64,000 nucleotides of DNA. Origin: Podarcis vaucheri. Lineage: Eukaryota. The notes below the pieces were generated by a model. It made no database searches, was not told the DNA's origin, and saw nothing but the letters and a program-made list of their open reading frames with translations. Position numbers and translations under genes: made by a program. Below, in pieces: positions 51,213-64,000 of the stretch. The stretch lies in NCBI GenBank assembly GCA_965113315.1, contig OZ220366.1, one strand, 5' to 3'. Each line of letters opens with the position of its first letter. Positions within the stretch are counted from its first letter, which is position 1.

Positions 51213-53139
51213 GTCGTCTTCACTGATTTCCATGGGTTTTCTCTGTGATTGTGAGTGGAAGAGGGATCTGTTAGTCCCCATAAATATTTTGGCCCCAGAA
51301 ACTCTTGTTGACACCTCTAGTGTAACGGTGATCTGTGATGATCAGAACATGCAAGGAGAAATGAACGGAAACAGATGTTCCTTATATGTTTATTTTTTTA
51401 TGGTTAGTCACTGTGAGAACAGAATGCTGGACTAGATGGGTCATTGGCCGGATCCAGCAGGTTCTTTAAATGTTCTTAAGATACCCAGGTCCCAACCTGT
51501 TAAATGTTAACACTGGCACATTGAATTGAGCCTGGAAATTAATTGACAGCTACCACAGATCATGCAAAACTGGTAAGATGAAACTAAACTGCTCATCAGC
51601 ACCCCTCAACAACATTTTGCACTAGTTAATGTTTGAATGCTATTTTAGGGCAGCCCCATATAGAACATGTTACAGTAGTCCAGTCTTGAGCTCACTATGA
51701 TGTGAATCCAGAAAGGTGTTAGCTAGGGAAGAAGGCACTTTTACTAAATAAGGAAGCAAGCCAGAAACACAGAGGTGTGTCATATGGAGTCATTAATTAG
51801 AGGTTGAAACATCTTACAGGAATAGGTACAGTTTAGATAAATAGTGACTTTGCATCTTGATGTCAGAAAGGGGGAGGCAAGGGCTATCAGTTTCAGGAGT
51901 GAACACAGGGAACTGCTGAGCTAAAGGAGAAGTTAGCAATGATCTGTGTCCTCAAGTAATCCCAACATTCAAAGCCTTTGAAGTGTGGGCTATGGTGTTC
52001 CTGTATCTGCAAAAGTTGCAGGCGGTCACTGTAAATTACTGTTTTCTAGACAAATGGAAAGGGCAATTCAGGCCATAAAAGCTTCATTTATGTATAGTGA
52101 GAAACTAGATTATCCCACTTCAGTATGATCTAAAAAAAAATCTTAAGAACAGTTTTGACTGGTTGTTATGTTGGTGTTAAAACTGGGCTCAATGCTTTAA
52201 TAAATTGAAGCCTGTAGATTAATCAACAGAGGCTTTCACCCATTGATCAGCCCTGGGCAATTTTAATCAGCAAGGTCAAATTAGAATGGGTGAAGCTGTG
52301 AATTAAGGGCATGGTTGTTTGTCTTTTGCAGCTCTGGTTTATTATTTTAATAGGGCACAGGGGAATTTCCATTAGCACTGAGTGGTACCTTTAGTCATTG
52401 TCTGTCATTTTACATGTCTTTCAGTATCTCAAAGACAAGCCTATACTGCAGTTTTGTACTTTAAAAAAAAAGTCTAGTTGATATATTGGTTAAAAGCTTA
52501 TTAATTGCCACAATGATTCTTAATTAGTTGACATAGGGAAGAAAAATCCCAAGAAAAAGCTTAATATAATGACACCTTGCACTGCAAAGAGTTGCTGCTG
52601 CCAGGCTTTCAATGGTCCCTTGACTCCTGGAGATTCAAGAAAGTAGGGAGAGATTTGTCCTATCACTGCAGTACTGTACTATTTAATTAAAGGTTATGTG
52701 TGTGAGCCATATGCACCAATGTGACCAGATAAAAGCCTGGTCTGCTGCAGGGATCTAATTTCTATTCTATCATCTTCAGTGGAACTATGTTTTCAGATAT
52801 ACCACAGCAGCCTTTATAATATGTTTCATGCACTCTTCTGCTAGAAGGGTCAAGCATACAGAAGACAGGTTATGTCTGCAAATGCCTACCTGCTTGGTTG
52901 CCTGAGGTGAATGAGGATCACCTCTCACCAAGAAGGTATGTAAACTCTCTATAAAATCATTTTCATCGCAGCCCTCTGCATACATTCCATTTTGCTCAAT
53001 GGGATTTTACTTCCACGTAAACTGAAGTTTGTATAGCCTTAGTTTCTGTAAGCCACAGATAACCACCATAGGCATGTGCGGCTAGCTAGGAGTGATGTTG
53101 GAGTATTTGTTCTCAAGTGAAATGGGGTATGTCTGGAAA

Positions 53140-54313
53140 GCGTGTTCTCATTAAAAGAGAGCATGTGTTGTGGTGGGGGCCAGCCAAGCCACCCCTCTGT
53201 TGCCAGGTGGCTTGGGATGGTTGGTCTTTGGCAGGGATTGGTAGTTTGAGTTGCTGGGGTAATTTTGATGTTGCTAATTTGGGGGAGGGAACAGAGGTTT
53301 TTTAAGCAGTGCACGAGGCTTTTCGCTTTCTCTTTCACTGCGTGCACCGGATCACCCGCCCACCCTCCCTTATTTTAGGTCTTGTGCGTTGACCTTGCTA
53401 TGCCTGTCATGGGGTCGTCTGCTGTTGGGGCAGGGGCCTGGTAGGAATTTTGTCCATCTGGCTGATTGGCTGGTGCCATTTGGTTTTTGCCTACTGCGTA
53501 GCAAATCGTCACAACTTGTAAGGTTGCGGTTAAAGGTAAAGGTAAAGGTACCCCTGCCCGAACGGGCCAGTCTTGACAGACTCTGGGGTTTGTGCGCCCA
53601 TCTCACTCAAGAGGCCGGGGGCCAGCGCTGTCCGGAGACACTTCCGGGTCACGTGGCCAGCGTGACAAAGCTGCATCTGGCGAGCCAGCGCAGCACACGG
53701 AACGCCGTTTACCTTCCCGCTGGTAAGCGGTACCTATTTATCTACTTGCACCCGGGGGTGCTTTCGAACTGCTAGGTTGGCAGGCGCTGGGACCGAGCAG
53801 CGGGAGCGCACCCCGCCGCGGGGATTCGAACCGCCGACCTTTCGATCGGCAAGCCCTAGGCGCTGAGGCTTTTACCCACAGCGCCACCCGCGTCCCTTTA
53901 AGGTTGCGGTTAGGCATTGGTTAAAAATTGGTTGGAGGAGGGGTAAGGATGGGCCTGCCCCTCCAATGCTGCTGCTGCAAGGGAATTCCGTTAAAGGAAT
54001 TCATGCTTTCGTCCCAGTCCCTGGAATTGGGTTTGGGCCGCATAAGCCCCTGGGAGCATGTGGGGAGAGGGCCTGTGGCGCAGCTCCAGTTTCTCCCCAA
54101 TATTGTTTCCCCTTACTGACTTTCGCTGGAATCCGGAAGTCAGTTCTGTCCACAGGCGGGGAGACAGATAATCGTAACCAATGCCTAAGCAACCACTCAC
54201 ATCCATGTATGTTAATAAAGTTGTGGCCAAAATTATGCCAAAAACCTTAAACAAAAGTTCTGTGTGATGTGTGTGCTATTTGGGGGGGGGGTGTCTTGGG
54301 GACCTCGACACGC
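53140..54313 (+). mobile_element. Second copy of the ~800-bp DIRS/Ngaro-like non-coding repeat, interrupted by a Sauria SINE
   Basis: AAA-GCGTGTTCTC start, GACACGC-AAA end, shared blocks with 45002-45803, AATAAAGTTGTGGCC at ~54214. Confidence 0.6.
53533..53896 (-). mobile_element. Young full-length Sauria SINE
   Basis: CpG-rich, GGGACGCGGGTGGCGCTGTGG head, 14-bp TSD TAAGGTTGCGGTTA (53519-53532, 53899-53912). Confidence 0.95.
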
Positions 54314-54702
54314 AAATGCAGGTAGCCATCTAAAGAGTTCCTGTTACTGTATAGATGCTCCATTTTGAACAACACAAAATAGATACTCCAGCCTGGCTTC
54401 AGACTCTGATGTGCATCTAAATATGCAAACACTTGAGCCAGATCTCATCTCATCTCTTGGAAAGTGAGAGATACACGGCCGCTCTAATAGCACCTACACC
54501 AAACTATTAACAGGAGCTCAAGAAATCTCTCCCATTAGCAAACACACAGATATTTAACGATGCTTGGGAAGCTTCAATCTGCGATAACAAAATAATTGTG
54601 ACATTAATACTGATCAACCACTTGTCTTCATGCGCAGCTCCATAGATTCATCACTGTGCTATTGTAATCTAATAATAGCCACTTATGCATTCCGATTCAA
54701 AG

Positions 54703-54948
54703 TTATAAATAGATCCCAGAGCGTAGGGGGAGAACGATGGTTCAGAACAGTCACACTCTCAAACACTTTTTAAAAAAGAAAAAAAAAGAAGCCAAAGAAA
54801 TGGCTCGAGATAGAAGGTGCTCCAGTAGTGCTGAAGTGGAAAATTTGTTACAGGCATGATAGATTAGATATCAAGGAAAAGGCTGCGGTATTAGACTACG
54901 TACTTGCAAGCTATTCTGAAGGGAGTAGGGGTGGTGATGGGAAGGAAT
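54703..54948 (+). repeat. ~245-bp local direct duplication, copy 1
   Basis: Near-identical to 55825-56069 (a few substitutions and A-run length changes). Confidence 0.95.
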
Positions 54949-55144
54949 GCACTCTACCCACAGTTTTGTGCAGGGTTTTGGAAGGGAGAATGTGCTTGTA
55001 TCAGGGCAAAACAGTCTATAACGTCAAGTTTCCCACGTTTGGATTGAGCTTGGAGCTTCTTCTACAGTGGTTTGCTACATTACTAGCAAGAAGGCCCCCC
55101 CCTCCAAGCCCCAATGGCAGCAATGTCATGCTCTCTGACATTTT

Positions 55145-55418
55145 TCCTGTTTTCTCCTGCTCTGGAGGGTAGAACTCAAACCAATGGCTGCAGGTTACAA
55201 GCAAGGAGATTCCAACCAAACACCAGGAAAAACTTTCTGACAATTAGAGCTGCTTGACAGTGGAACAGTCTCCCTCAGGAGGTTGCGGACTCTCCTTCCT
55301 TGGAGGTTTTTAAGCAGAGGTTGGATGGCCATGTGTAACGGATGCTTTAGCTGCATTTCTTGAATTGCAGGGGGTTGGACTAGGTGGCCCTTAGGGTCCC
55401 TTCCAACTCTATGATTCT
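55145..55418 (+). mobile_element. CR1 LINE 3' fragment
   Basis: Homologous to 34357-34629; ends ccttccaactctatgattct. Confidence 0.88.
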
Positions 55419-55597
55419 TCTGTGATGAAAATAGGGACGTCCTATTCCATAATAATAATTTTATTATTTGTACCCCGTCTATCTAACAGGGTTGCCCCAG
55501 CCACTCTGGATGGCTTCCAACATACTTCTATAAAAACATAAAACATTAAAAAGGTTCCCTATGCAGAGCTGCCTTCAGATGTCTCCACCCCCATCAT

Positions 55598-55824
55598 TCT
55601 ACCTGGACACTGAGGTCCAGTGCCGAGGGCCTTCTGGCGGTTCCCTCACTGCGAGAAGCCAAGTTACAGGGAACCAGGCATAGGGCCTTCTCGGTAGTGG
55701 CACCCTCCCTGTGGAACGCCCTCCCACCAGATGTCAAAGAGAACAATAACTAGCAGACTTTTAGACGACATCTGAAGGGAGCCCTGTTTAGGGAAGCTTT
55801 TAATGTTTGATGCATTACTGTATT
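55598..55824 (+). mobile_element. L2 LINE 3' fragment
   Basis: RAFSVVAPSLWNALP-type ORF2 end (gggccttctcggtagtggcaccctccctgtggaacgccctccca). Confidence 0.85.
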
Positions 55825-56069
55825 TTATAAATAGATCCCAGAGCGTAGGGGGAGAACGATGGTTCAGAACAGTCACACTCTCAAACACTTTAAAAAAAAA
55901 AAGAAGAAGAAGCCAAAGAAATGGCTCGAGATAGAAGGTGCTCCAGTAGTGCTGAAGTGGAAAATTTGTTACAGGCATGATAGATTAGATATCAAGGAAA
56001 AGGCTGCGGTATTAGACTATGTACTTGCAAGCTATTCTGAATGGAGTAGGGGTAGTGATGGGAAGGAAT
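55825..56069 (+). repeat. ~245-bp local direct duplication, copy 2
   Basis: Near-identical to 54703-54948. Confidence 0.95.
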
Positions 56070-56574
56070 CGCCTTCTCTCGGGGGCTGCATAACTCCATG
56101 CGTTCCAACGTTTCTCCGATGAAAATAGGGGTGTACTAAGGAAAAGTGGGACATTCCAAGTTGAAATCAGAAACCAGAATGGCTACTATAAATCTGGGAC
56201 TGTCCCTGGAAAACAGAGACACTTGGAGGGTCTGCAATGTGTGTGGGAAAATGGCAGAGGTGGACTATATGGGGGTGAGTGCTAGCTCCAGTTTCTCTTC
56301 TCTGCTGTTTCTTTCCTTTCTCCCCTGCTTCTTCTTTCTCTTGTTCCTTTTGAGCCCTCACTTCTATCTGCTGCCTCATCTGTACTTTTATCTCAGCTAG
56401 CTCCTTCCAGTCTTTGTCATTTGGTCATTCTCAGCTGTGTGGTCTACCCCTGCGGCCAGGTTCCTGAGATACTACCACTTCAACAAATTGGGAGTGGAGG
56501 ACAGGGGAGGGGTTTCTGGGCTCCACATGCTAGTGGTGCATGGGGTCAAAGGCAAAACTGGACAGAACAGTGAA

Positions 56575-56689
56575 TCTCTAGGTAGGGAATGTCCCCTGTC
56601 TGGAGAACTGCTACCATTCATTGTAGACAATACTGGGCTTGATGGACAAATGGTGTAACTTGGTTTAAGGCTGCTTCCTGTGTTCCTAA
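56575..56689 (+). mobile_element. Squam2-like SINE 3' part
   Basis: gtagacaatactgggcttgatggac...gcttcctgtgttccta terminus. Confidence 0.6.
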
Positions 56690-56884
56690 GATTAGATGTC
56701 GGGGAGAACAGTTCTATCCTGATTTTCTCCCAACTTGCTGATTTTCAAATATGCAGGGAATTTTTGAAAATTAGGATGTACCACACAGATCAAAGAAATG
56801 CAAATTATTTCATTTTAGATTTTCAGATATGTTAGTCTTTCAAGTATTTAACATACGTTTCATCCAGAAAGAACTGAGTGATGG

Positions 56885-57147
56885 TGTTATTATTGAAGTT
56901 CTCACCCTGGGCCAGCAGGGGGAGACTGTAGATAGTTTTCACTCAGGTCCGCATATGCAAATAAGGAATTGAAAGTGACGTTCAGTGATTGGATAGTTAC
57001 AGAAAGTTGTTACTGTTGCTTTGTAGTTGAGCTCTATATAAGCAGGTTGGCTGGACCCTTCAGTTCAGTTCTGTTCTGGCCTGTGAATAAACAAGAGCTG
57101 TCTGAAGAATCGCTGCGTCGTCTGATATGTTCACCCACAACTTAACA
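56885..57147 (+). mobile_element. Solo LTR (263 bp) with intact-looking promoter and polyA signal
   Basis: TGTTA...TAACA termini, 5-bp TSD GAT(G/C)G, TATATAA 57035-57041, AATAAA 57086-57091; paralogue at 13349-13611. Confidence 0.85.
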
Positions 57148-60100
57148 GATCGGGTCAACCAACATGGCACCCATGGGCACTACTGTGTTCACCAGTACCC
57201 CCTAAGATGTCTTAGAAAGGTCTCATTAAATATCACCTCCAATATTCACAACCTTCTGCATGCAAAACAGATGTTCTTCCCTGTCACAGGGCTCTGTGGG
57301 GCCAATGGGAATCCATCTGAATGTGGGCACTGTGCCCATGGTTGCAAATGCCCCAAGTCTAGAAGGGAAGATGATAAACTAGGCACACAAGCAATGATAT
57401 CCCACAAACCTACAGAATCATTTTTGTGGTAGAGCAACCCTATCTGAGCTGATTCGGCATTTGGAGTGGGGGAGAGACTGAATGAAAAGAAGAGCCAGGC
57501 TGTGGGCTGTGTGTTTCCCTTTGTTTGGAATCTCTATAAGGGGGTTGAAAGGGGAGTGATTCACCATGGATAATAATTCGAAGGCCAGGATGGTTGTGGG
57601 GGGTGGGAGGAGGAAGGAGAAGAGCCGAAGCAGGCATAAAAGCTGTGACTCGATAAATGTTCCCAGCAGTGGATGAGGCAGGAGAGGCCAACAAAATATT
57701 CAGTGAAGACGCAGGACGGTGGGTGGTAATAAAACCGGACATTTACCACCTACAGTAATAAATTTTGCTTTGGTAATGAAGGTATTTCCCTCTCTAGCCA
57801 CAGGCAACTCTACTCTGCTATAAATGAAGGCAAATAAGGAAATGCATTCCAAGAGGTCAATTTGAGGGCACTCCACCTGCAACTCCCCACCACACAGGAA
57901 GGTCTTCTTCTCCAGAAAATGCTACACCTTGTACTTACCCCCTAGCCAGGTAGGGCTTTAACTGAGCTACAGCCAGTATTGTTTTTTGGAATGAAAACAA
58001 GCAAGCTGATCCTAAGCACTTGTTTGGCTTGGGAACAAACAGTCTGTAAAACTCAGTGAAAAATTACTTTCCAGATAGATGTGATTAGAGGCCAGCATGG
58101 TGGAAAGTAAATGTCCTTGCCCAGTAGTTGACACAAGCTACGAGCTGCTCTATAAGTGGGGAAATTGGAATTTAGTTGACCCAGCAAACTAAAAAAAAAA
58201 AGGAGGGGAGTCTTAAGCAGGATTGTATGTGCTTCACCTGTTTAACAAAGAGCAAAAAGAAAGCAAGAGATAATTTTAAAAACCAAATGTTACATGCAGA
58301 CTGGCGTTTGCATCCTTTGCTAAAGCATATCCTGTTTCTATTCTTTCACAGGCTAGCTGAGCACTGCATCATACTGTACCTTTGGCACCTGATTCTGTGT
58401 GCCAGTTGGCACGTTTTCTTAGAACGTTTAGCTCCAATTAATGGCTTGGTACACTTCAAAAACAGGATGCAGCAAAACAAGCAAAGTGGCTCTGCATTTT
58501 TGTTTTTTGGGGAGAAATCAAATGTAATTGAATTTATAGTACAGTATTTCAGCATATGAATTGGCCTCAATCCAGCTCTTATGAGGATCAGCAACTAGGA
58601 ACGCTGTCCCCAATTGCACCAAAAAACACATTCATCCAATTCTACGGAGCCTGGATGAACATTGCGCTAAAGTACAGGTGGATGACCTGTGGTCCACAGC
58701 ATCCTATTATGTGACCACAAATTCATCCTGAAGCTGCTGCATTCTTCCATCCCAACAGGGTTCCCTCCTTCGGGTTTGCTTTCTCTGTATCTTTCCTTGC
58801 TTTTTTAAAAAAAGTTTCCCCCTCTTTCTTTGTAGTCCTACAACAATTGTTTGCTAAAAATAAATTGATTTTTTTAATTATTATATTTTAAGTTTCCTGG
58901 TTGTATGGCTTGGGAAAAAGAAGTCCATGTGATCTGAGTGTTTGTTCATCATGCCCTGTTGAGATTCTGGCTGACAGCTACTTTTCCCTCTGCAAGGGGG
59001 ATATTAGGATGGTTTGATGGGTCCCCAAAAACATATTGGATTAAGGTGCTAATTCATCACACTGGTTCATTAATGAAGCCAAGTCAGTTAAAATCTCAAC
59101 TGGAGCCTGTGGTTTGCCCCTCAGATGTAGTTACCAGAACTATTCCTTGAACGTCCCATACTGACTTGACTTTGCAGGCAATTTTTTTCTCCATTTTTGG
59201 CCAGGGCGAGCAATTTATGTCACGTTTAGCATCATCGGGCACCCGCTGAAGGACCACATCATACCTAGATAAGCTACTAGACCTGTTCCTCCTCTTCGCC
59301 ATTGCAATCTGCTTGTTCACCCACCTCTTATTCTTGCCCAGACAATTGAGGTGAGGAGGAGGAACAGTAGATGCCACTGCCTTCTTGCTCATTGGCTCTC
59401 TGCTTGGCAAAAGAAGAGGAACAGTAGGTGAGAAGGTAAGCCAGTGGTAGCAACCTTCAGGTGCTGCTGGAGTCCCAGATCTCATCATCTGACAATTGGC
59501 TGGGACTGATGTGAGCTGAAGTCCAGCAACACACTGGCTGGTCCTGAGGCTGATGGTCTGAGGGAATAGGGTCCAGAAAGGGTGCCTTGCCCAGGGGTTA
59601 TCCAAAACATGAAATCCATGGGTTTGTTGCTGCTGTTGTTTCTATAGGTAAGGCTTGAAAGGCTCATGTCAAACTCAAACAATTCCCCGTTTGCCACGTG
59701 CCTCTCTTCCTTACCGTGCTAAAATTGATAGTTCAATGAAGCCTAGAGATATTAGTAATTTAAACAGGTGAGTCAATTAAAAGCCACTCAGGCTCTCTAG
59801 AAGCCTTACATAAGCACACAAGGATAAAAAATCCTCTTAGCAGGCAAGAGAGAAGAGTTTAAATGTACTCATTGTCAAGTGAACAAGGCCCCTACCATTT
59901 GACAGATGGGTGTAGGTTCAGTTGCCTTACACTTAATGGGAGCAAATGACTCATAGCAGCTTGTTCATCCATTTGGGGCTACGCCTGCACAAGGGTTCGT
60001 GAGCTCTCAAGTTGCATGCTCTACCCCTGTGTAGCCCTGATATTCAGCAATCGGCGTGGGTGTTCCGGTTTTGTATATTCTAGGGCAAGAGGGATGGAAG

Positions 60101-61747
60101 AATAGAGCGATGGATCAGCTTAAGAGATTCAGTTGCCACACTGCTGTACTTCTCATTTGAATGGCATCTTTTACTGATGAACCAATTCAGTTAAACTGGT
60201 CTCATCCTTGAGATCTCCAGAACAGGGACATGTGCATGGTTGTTGTTTTTTTAATCCACTGGGAAGTTTCATAATGAATAATGCATATTATAACTGAGTA
60301 ACGATTCCTGTGTATATTGATTTGGGCAATCGCAGACAAGTGACACTCCTTTTGATGAGGAGACACACACCAGCCATAGTCCAGTTTCTCGTTATTTCCC
60401 ATATGTAAGAATAAGAGAGAGAAATGTTCTCTATTCCGTTATCCAAAAAGACCTGCGGATATAAGACCAGTGTTAAGGCTCTCTCGGGTTGGCTGTAATT
60501 TCACAAAGCTGGAGAAATGGGAGGTAAGGCTAATGCCTTTACAGGCGCACCCTGTGACAACCCTCTATGTGCAATGTCACAAAATGTGGTTGAGTATAAC
60601 CTGATGTCCATGCAACCCACACTTTTTCTTGGTCTTTAAGGACCAAGTCCAGAAGAGGAGGATGCTCTGCGTTGTCCTGGTTCTGTAATGCCTGGGGAAG
60701 GGGGAAATTAAAGGAGTGCTTGTATGTGGACTTGTGATATGTTTGTGGTGGTGCTGGGGTTCCAGAGGGGGGGTGGGGGGAGTTAGTGCAAGTACTGATT
60801 TGGAGTTTTAAGATGTGCATGTGTCATGTTATTTTCCTAGCTGCCCTAGACATTAACGGAGCAGGAAAACTTTTAAGAACTTTTGAAGTGTTGTGCAGAA
60901 CTTCATGTTTTATAAACTATGGAATTTGGAGGCTTATGATTGTGAAACCGTTTTCTAAATCTCCTTTAACTAAAGGGGCACTCCTGTGTCCCAGTAATCT
61001 CTTTACTGAAAGGGACTCGCCCAGTAGGGCTTCACCACAAGGCAAGCTTCCTGGCAGAGGTGTCAGTGCCACTTCCCAAAAGGGAGAGGGATGAGGCAGT
61101 GAGGAGATCAGCATAATGTGGACATACCAGAAGAAGCACTGACTTGGCTCCGCTGGTGCTTCCATGCCAACCTCATCACCCCTTAGTAAGGTAAGCAGCA
61201 GCAACAAAGCTAACACTATGATGCAACGTTCGAAGCTCCCGTTGTTCTAGGTGTGTTTTGCAACAGGGAATTTCATTAGCACGAGCAGTTTCTGAGCTCT
61301 GCACCTAAGATTTCAGATTAAAACTGAGCAGTGGAAGGAAAGGAGCACCTTTTTCTGCCTCGCCATTTCCAGCCACTCTCTGAAGACTGGAGAAGAAACC
61401 CTCTTAAGAATATTAGTGGGGTGGGCAGGGGAAGCATGGCTTTGTTTTTTGCAGTCTTAAGGTGGGGACTAGACCAAGTGGACATAAGATTTTAGCCGCA
61501 GTTCATTCATTTTCAGCTTTGCATTCTTGTTATAAAAGAGCGTGCCTAGATGTTCCATTGTTGCGCCCATAACCTAGGTTTAAGGTGCCATTTAGCTCCT
61601 AGCTTTCATATCTCAGTTTCTAACACTGCTATGATGCCACCCTACTGGGCAATTTTCTGCTTTCTGTCCTCTGCCTGTAGCATTCTTGTTAATGCTCTTT
61701 CTCTGTGATAATCCTGCAAAACTGTGCAGGTTACGGATCCCATCGAG

Positions 61748-61872
61748 CAGGCATGGCCAAACTTGGCCCTCCAGCTGTTTTTGGGACTACAATTCCCATC
61801 ATCCCTGACCAGCTAGGGATGATGGGAGTTGTAGTCCCAAAACAGCTGGAGGGCCAAGTTTGGCCATGCCTG
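61748..61872. mobile_element. Near-perfect palindromic hAT-type MITE
   Basis: ~60-bp arms CAGGCATGGCCAAACTTGGCCCTCCAGCTG... fold back around a short loop; 8-bp TSD CCATCGAG/CCGTAGAG. Confidence 0.88.
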
Positions 61873-64000
61873 CCGTAGAGGGAATCCACATGCATACCTT
61901 GAGGTGAGTTGCATGCAGAAAAGCCCATCAGCACATGCAGGTTTGGGTTGGGACCTGTGAGCATCATCTCTCTCCATGCTATTTGTGTAAAGCTAGCACT
62001 GTGTCTGTTTCACCTTCCTCCTTATACAATGAAGGATATGTCTTATATCTTCCTCATTATACAAAATGACATACCAAAAGCAGTTTTCCCCTCCTCCCAC
62101 ACCTTGATGGTGTTTGTGATCAGATGAAGGGCTCTTACTCCATATGTTCATTGGCAATCAATTATGCCACAGCTAATGTTACAGCAAGAGAAATGCAGTT
62201 CATTAAAAATTACTGCTTGGAGTGGGTGCCATGCAATTTTTGAGGAACTGGAGTGGAATTAGGGAAGGTGATTTTCAGGAGAGCAAGGGATGCTATCCTC
62301 CCTCAGCAAATGTCAGCTGGGGCTGCTGTGGTACCATCGTTGTTGTTTTTTAATGGAGTTTTACAATCAAGACTATTTCATTAGATGCCACTTAAGTTTT
62401 AATTAATGAAGCATCCATTTTGTTTTATTGTGTAGTTTTGCACAACTCTGCTAACTAACTTTTCAAGGGCCTCACATTAATTTTCAGTTGCTTCCTGTGC
62501 ATCCAGTAGTTTGTCCACGCCATCAGGCGGAAGCCAGCTTCTTCCAGGACGCAAAATTTTATTCAGCAATGAAAAAGAACACTAACCATTGTGTTTGAAA
62601 GTAGCCAATGGTGGATTCTTGTTTGCTCATTCCAGGAGGCATTGCACCAAAATCACATCAAAGTGACATCTGACTTGTTTATCGCTTATGTGGTCAGGTG
62701 GTGGTGCTATTCAGGGAATCCTCAAGGAAGGTATATGACTCTCAGGGGCATATAAGGAATCCTCTGTGTGTAGGCTTCAAACTCAAAACTCTAAAAAAAA
62801 TCTTAATCCTTCACAAGAGAGGAGAGCTCAGCTATGATCACATCTTCCCAAGATTTGAGATTACTATCCCAAATGCCTTTTAAATTAGGCCTGTATAGCT
62901 TGTGAGTCATTGAGTCATATGTTGCTCACCAGCCATATATTGTGCACTTTCAGGTGCGTGATGCCATCATCAAAATCGAAAACTTTATCGAGTCCCTAAT
63001 GGCCTAGGGAGCTGCATTTAGCTTAGGGGGTCACATGTTGTGTGGGCATGGTGAAAGTGGATAGTTCCCCCCTGGGATGAATGACTGAATGATGCACGTA
63101 GTGTTCAAGGCATAACAGCTGGGCACATCTCCAATATTTCCTTTTAAAAAAACAACAACCATGTGAGTGACTCAAGTTGACTTCTGCCACAAGCTATGTT
63201 GATGATGTTGACATAACTGACTGCTTATCTGTCTCTTTGGTTGTCCATGTAAGAGAAAAACTGGAGAATAAGTATTTCTCAGGCCCTGCTTAGAGGTATA
63301 ATGTTTGCCCAAAGTAAGGAAAATAATTCATTGTGAAAAGTTAAGTTGCTGTGATTTATGCAAGTGTGTGAGATGATTACATTGCATCTATTCTGGTGGA
63401 GTCGAAGTCAATATGCCTGTGAATGTAAAAGTAGCCTTTTTCCAGAGCCGCCACTCATTACTATTACTACTAGTATTCAGCTTAATGCCAAAAAAGTGTG
63501 TAATGTCTTTGTAATAAATTGTTGAACAACTTCCATTATTTGTGCAGAAGCAAGTACTCAGAGCAGTATTGACGTAACATTCCAAAATCTAAACCACCTG
63601 TGACTACCTCAATAAATACCCCTCCCCAATTCATCTTTCAGAATTTCTTACCCTTCTCAGGTTGTGTTCACATACCTTAATTAATTAAATCTGCTTTTGC
63701 GTTCCTGGCATCTATAATTAGCTGTACTTCCTTATAAATGTGGATAACCCCAAATACACCACCCTCAGTTTCCAGAAGGAAAAAATGTGGTACATGAGTT
63801 ATAAATAACAAAAGGGGTTAAGAAAGCAAAATAAGTAACTTTGTTTATCAGCTTAGAAGGGTTAAAGGTCCACTAACCAAGGACAGAATCTCAAAGGCTT
63901 GGTAAGTCTCTCCCAGACCCCCTCCTCCTCACAGAAAAAAATACCTATATAAGGCTCGTGTGTGTCAAAGTGTGTTACTGCCATCATTTGGTGAAATAAA

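Larger units (their letters stand above)
55424..56234 (+). mobile_element. hAT-like MITE split by a composite insert (L2 tail, L2 3' fragment, local duplication)
   Basis: 55424-55444 and 56096-56234 are adjacent in the uninterrupted copy at 22149-22328. Confidence 0.6.

Noticed and set aside
54703-56069. 245-bp direct repeats as the LTR pair of a mini-retrotransposon (TRIM)
   Set aside because: No TG..CA ends, PBS, PPT or TSD; the interior is unrelated CR1/L2/MITE debris.
1-64000. CRISPR arrays, operons or other prokaryotic systems
   Set aside because: No repeat-spacer arrays or dense coding; all recognisable content is vertebrate repeat sequence.

Overview
Eukaryotic, AT-rich, repeat-dense DNA from a squamate reptile. 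The SINE repertoire (Sauria/Squam1, Squam2-like, Squam3-like) points to a lacertid lizard; this is an inference. No host protein-coding exon could be recognised, so the window looks like a large intron or gene desert, with one 142-N assembly gap. The only real CDS is an intact APE-endonuclease/reverse-transcriptase ORF in a full-length, TSD-flanked Bov-B (RTE) LINE (27826-31075). The window also holds a truncated Bov-B, six Sauria SINEs that share its 3' motif, tRNA-Lys/CR1 SINEs, CR1 and L2 fragments, two copies of a 263-bp solo LTR, and many Tc1/mariner- and hAT-type MITEs. Two Penelope-like insertions carry three minimal hammerhead-ribozyme motifs. The most unusual object is a pair of ~800-bp non-coding, highly structured elements (45002-45803, 53140-54313). 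They have no normal TSD, and their joined ends would form AACACGC-AAA-GCGTGTT, suggesting a tyrosine-recombinase (DIRS/Ngaro-type) element carrying a conserved RNA structure. Family names come from recalled consensus features, not from database searches.
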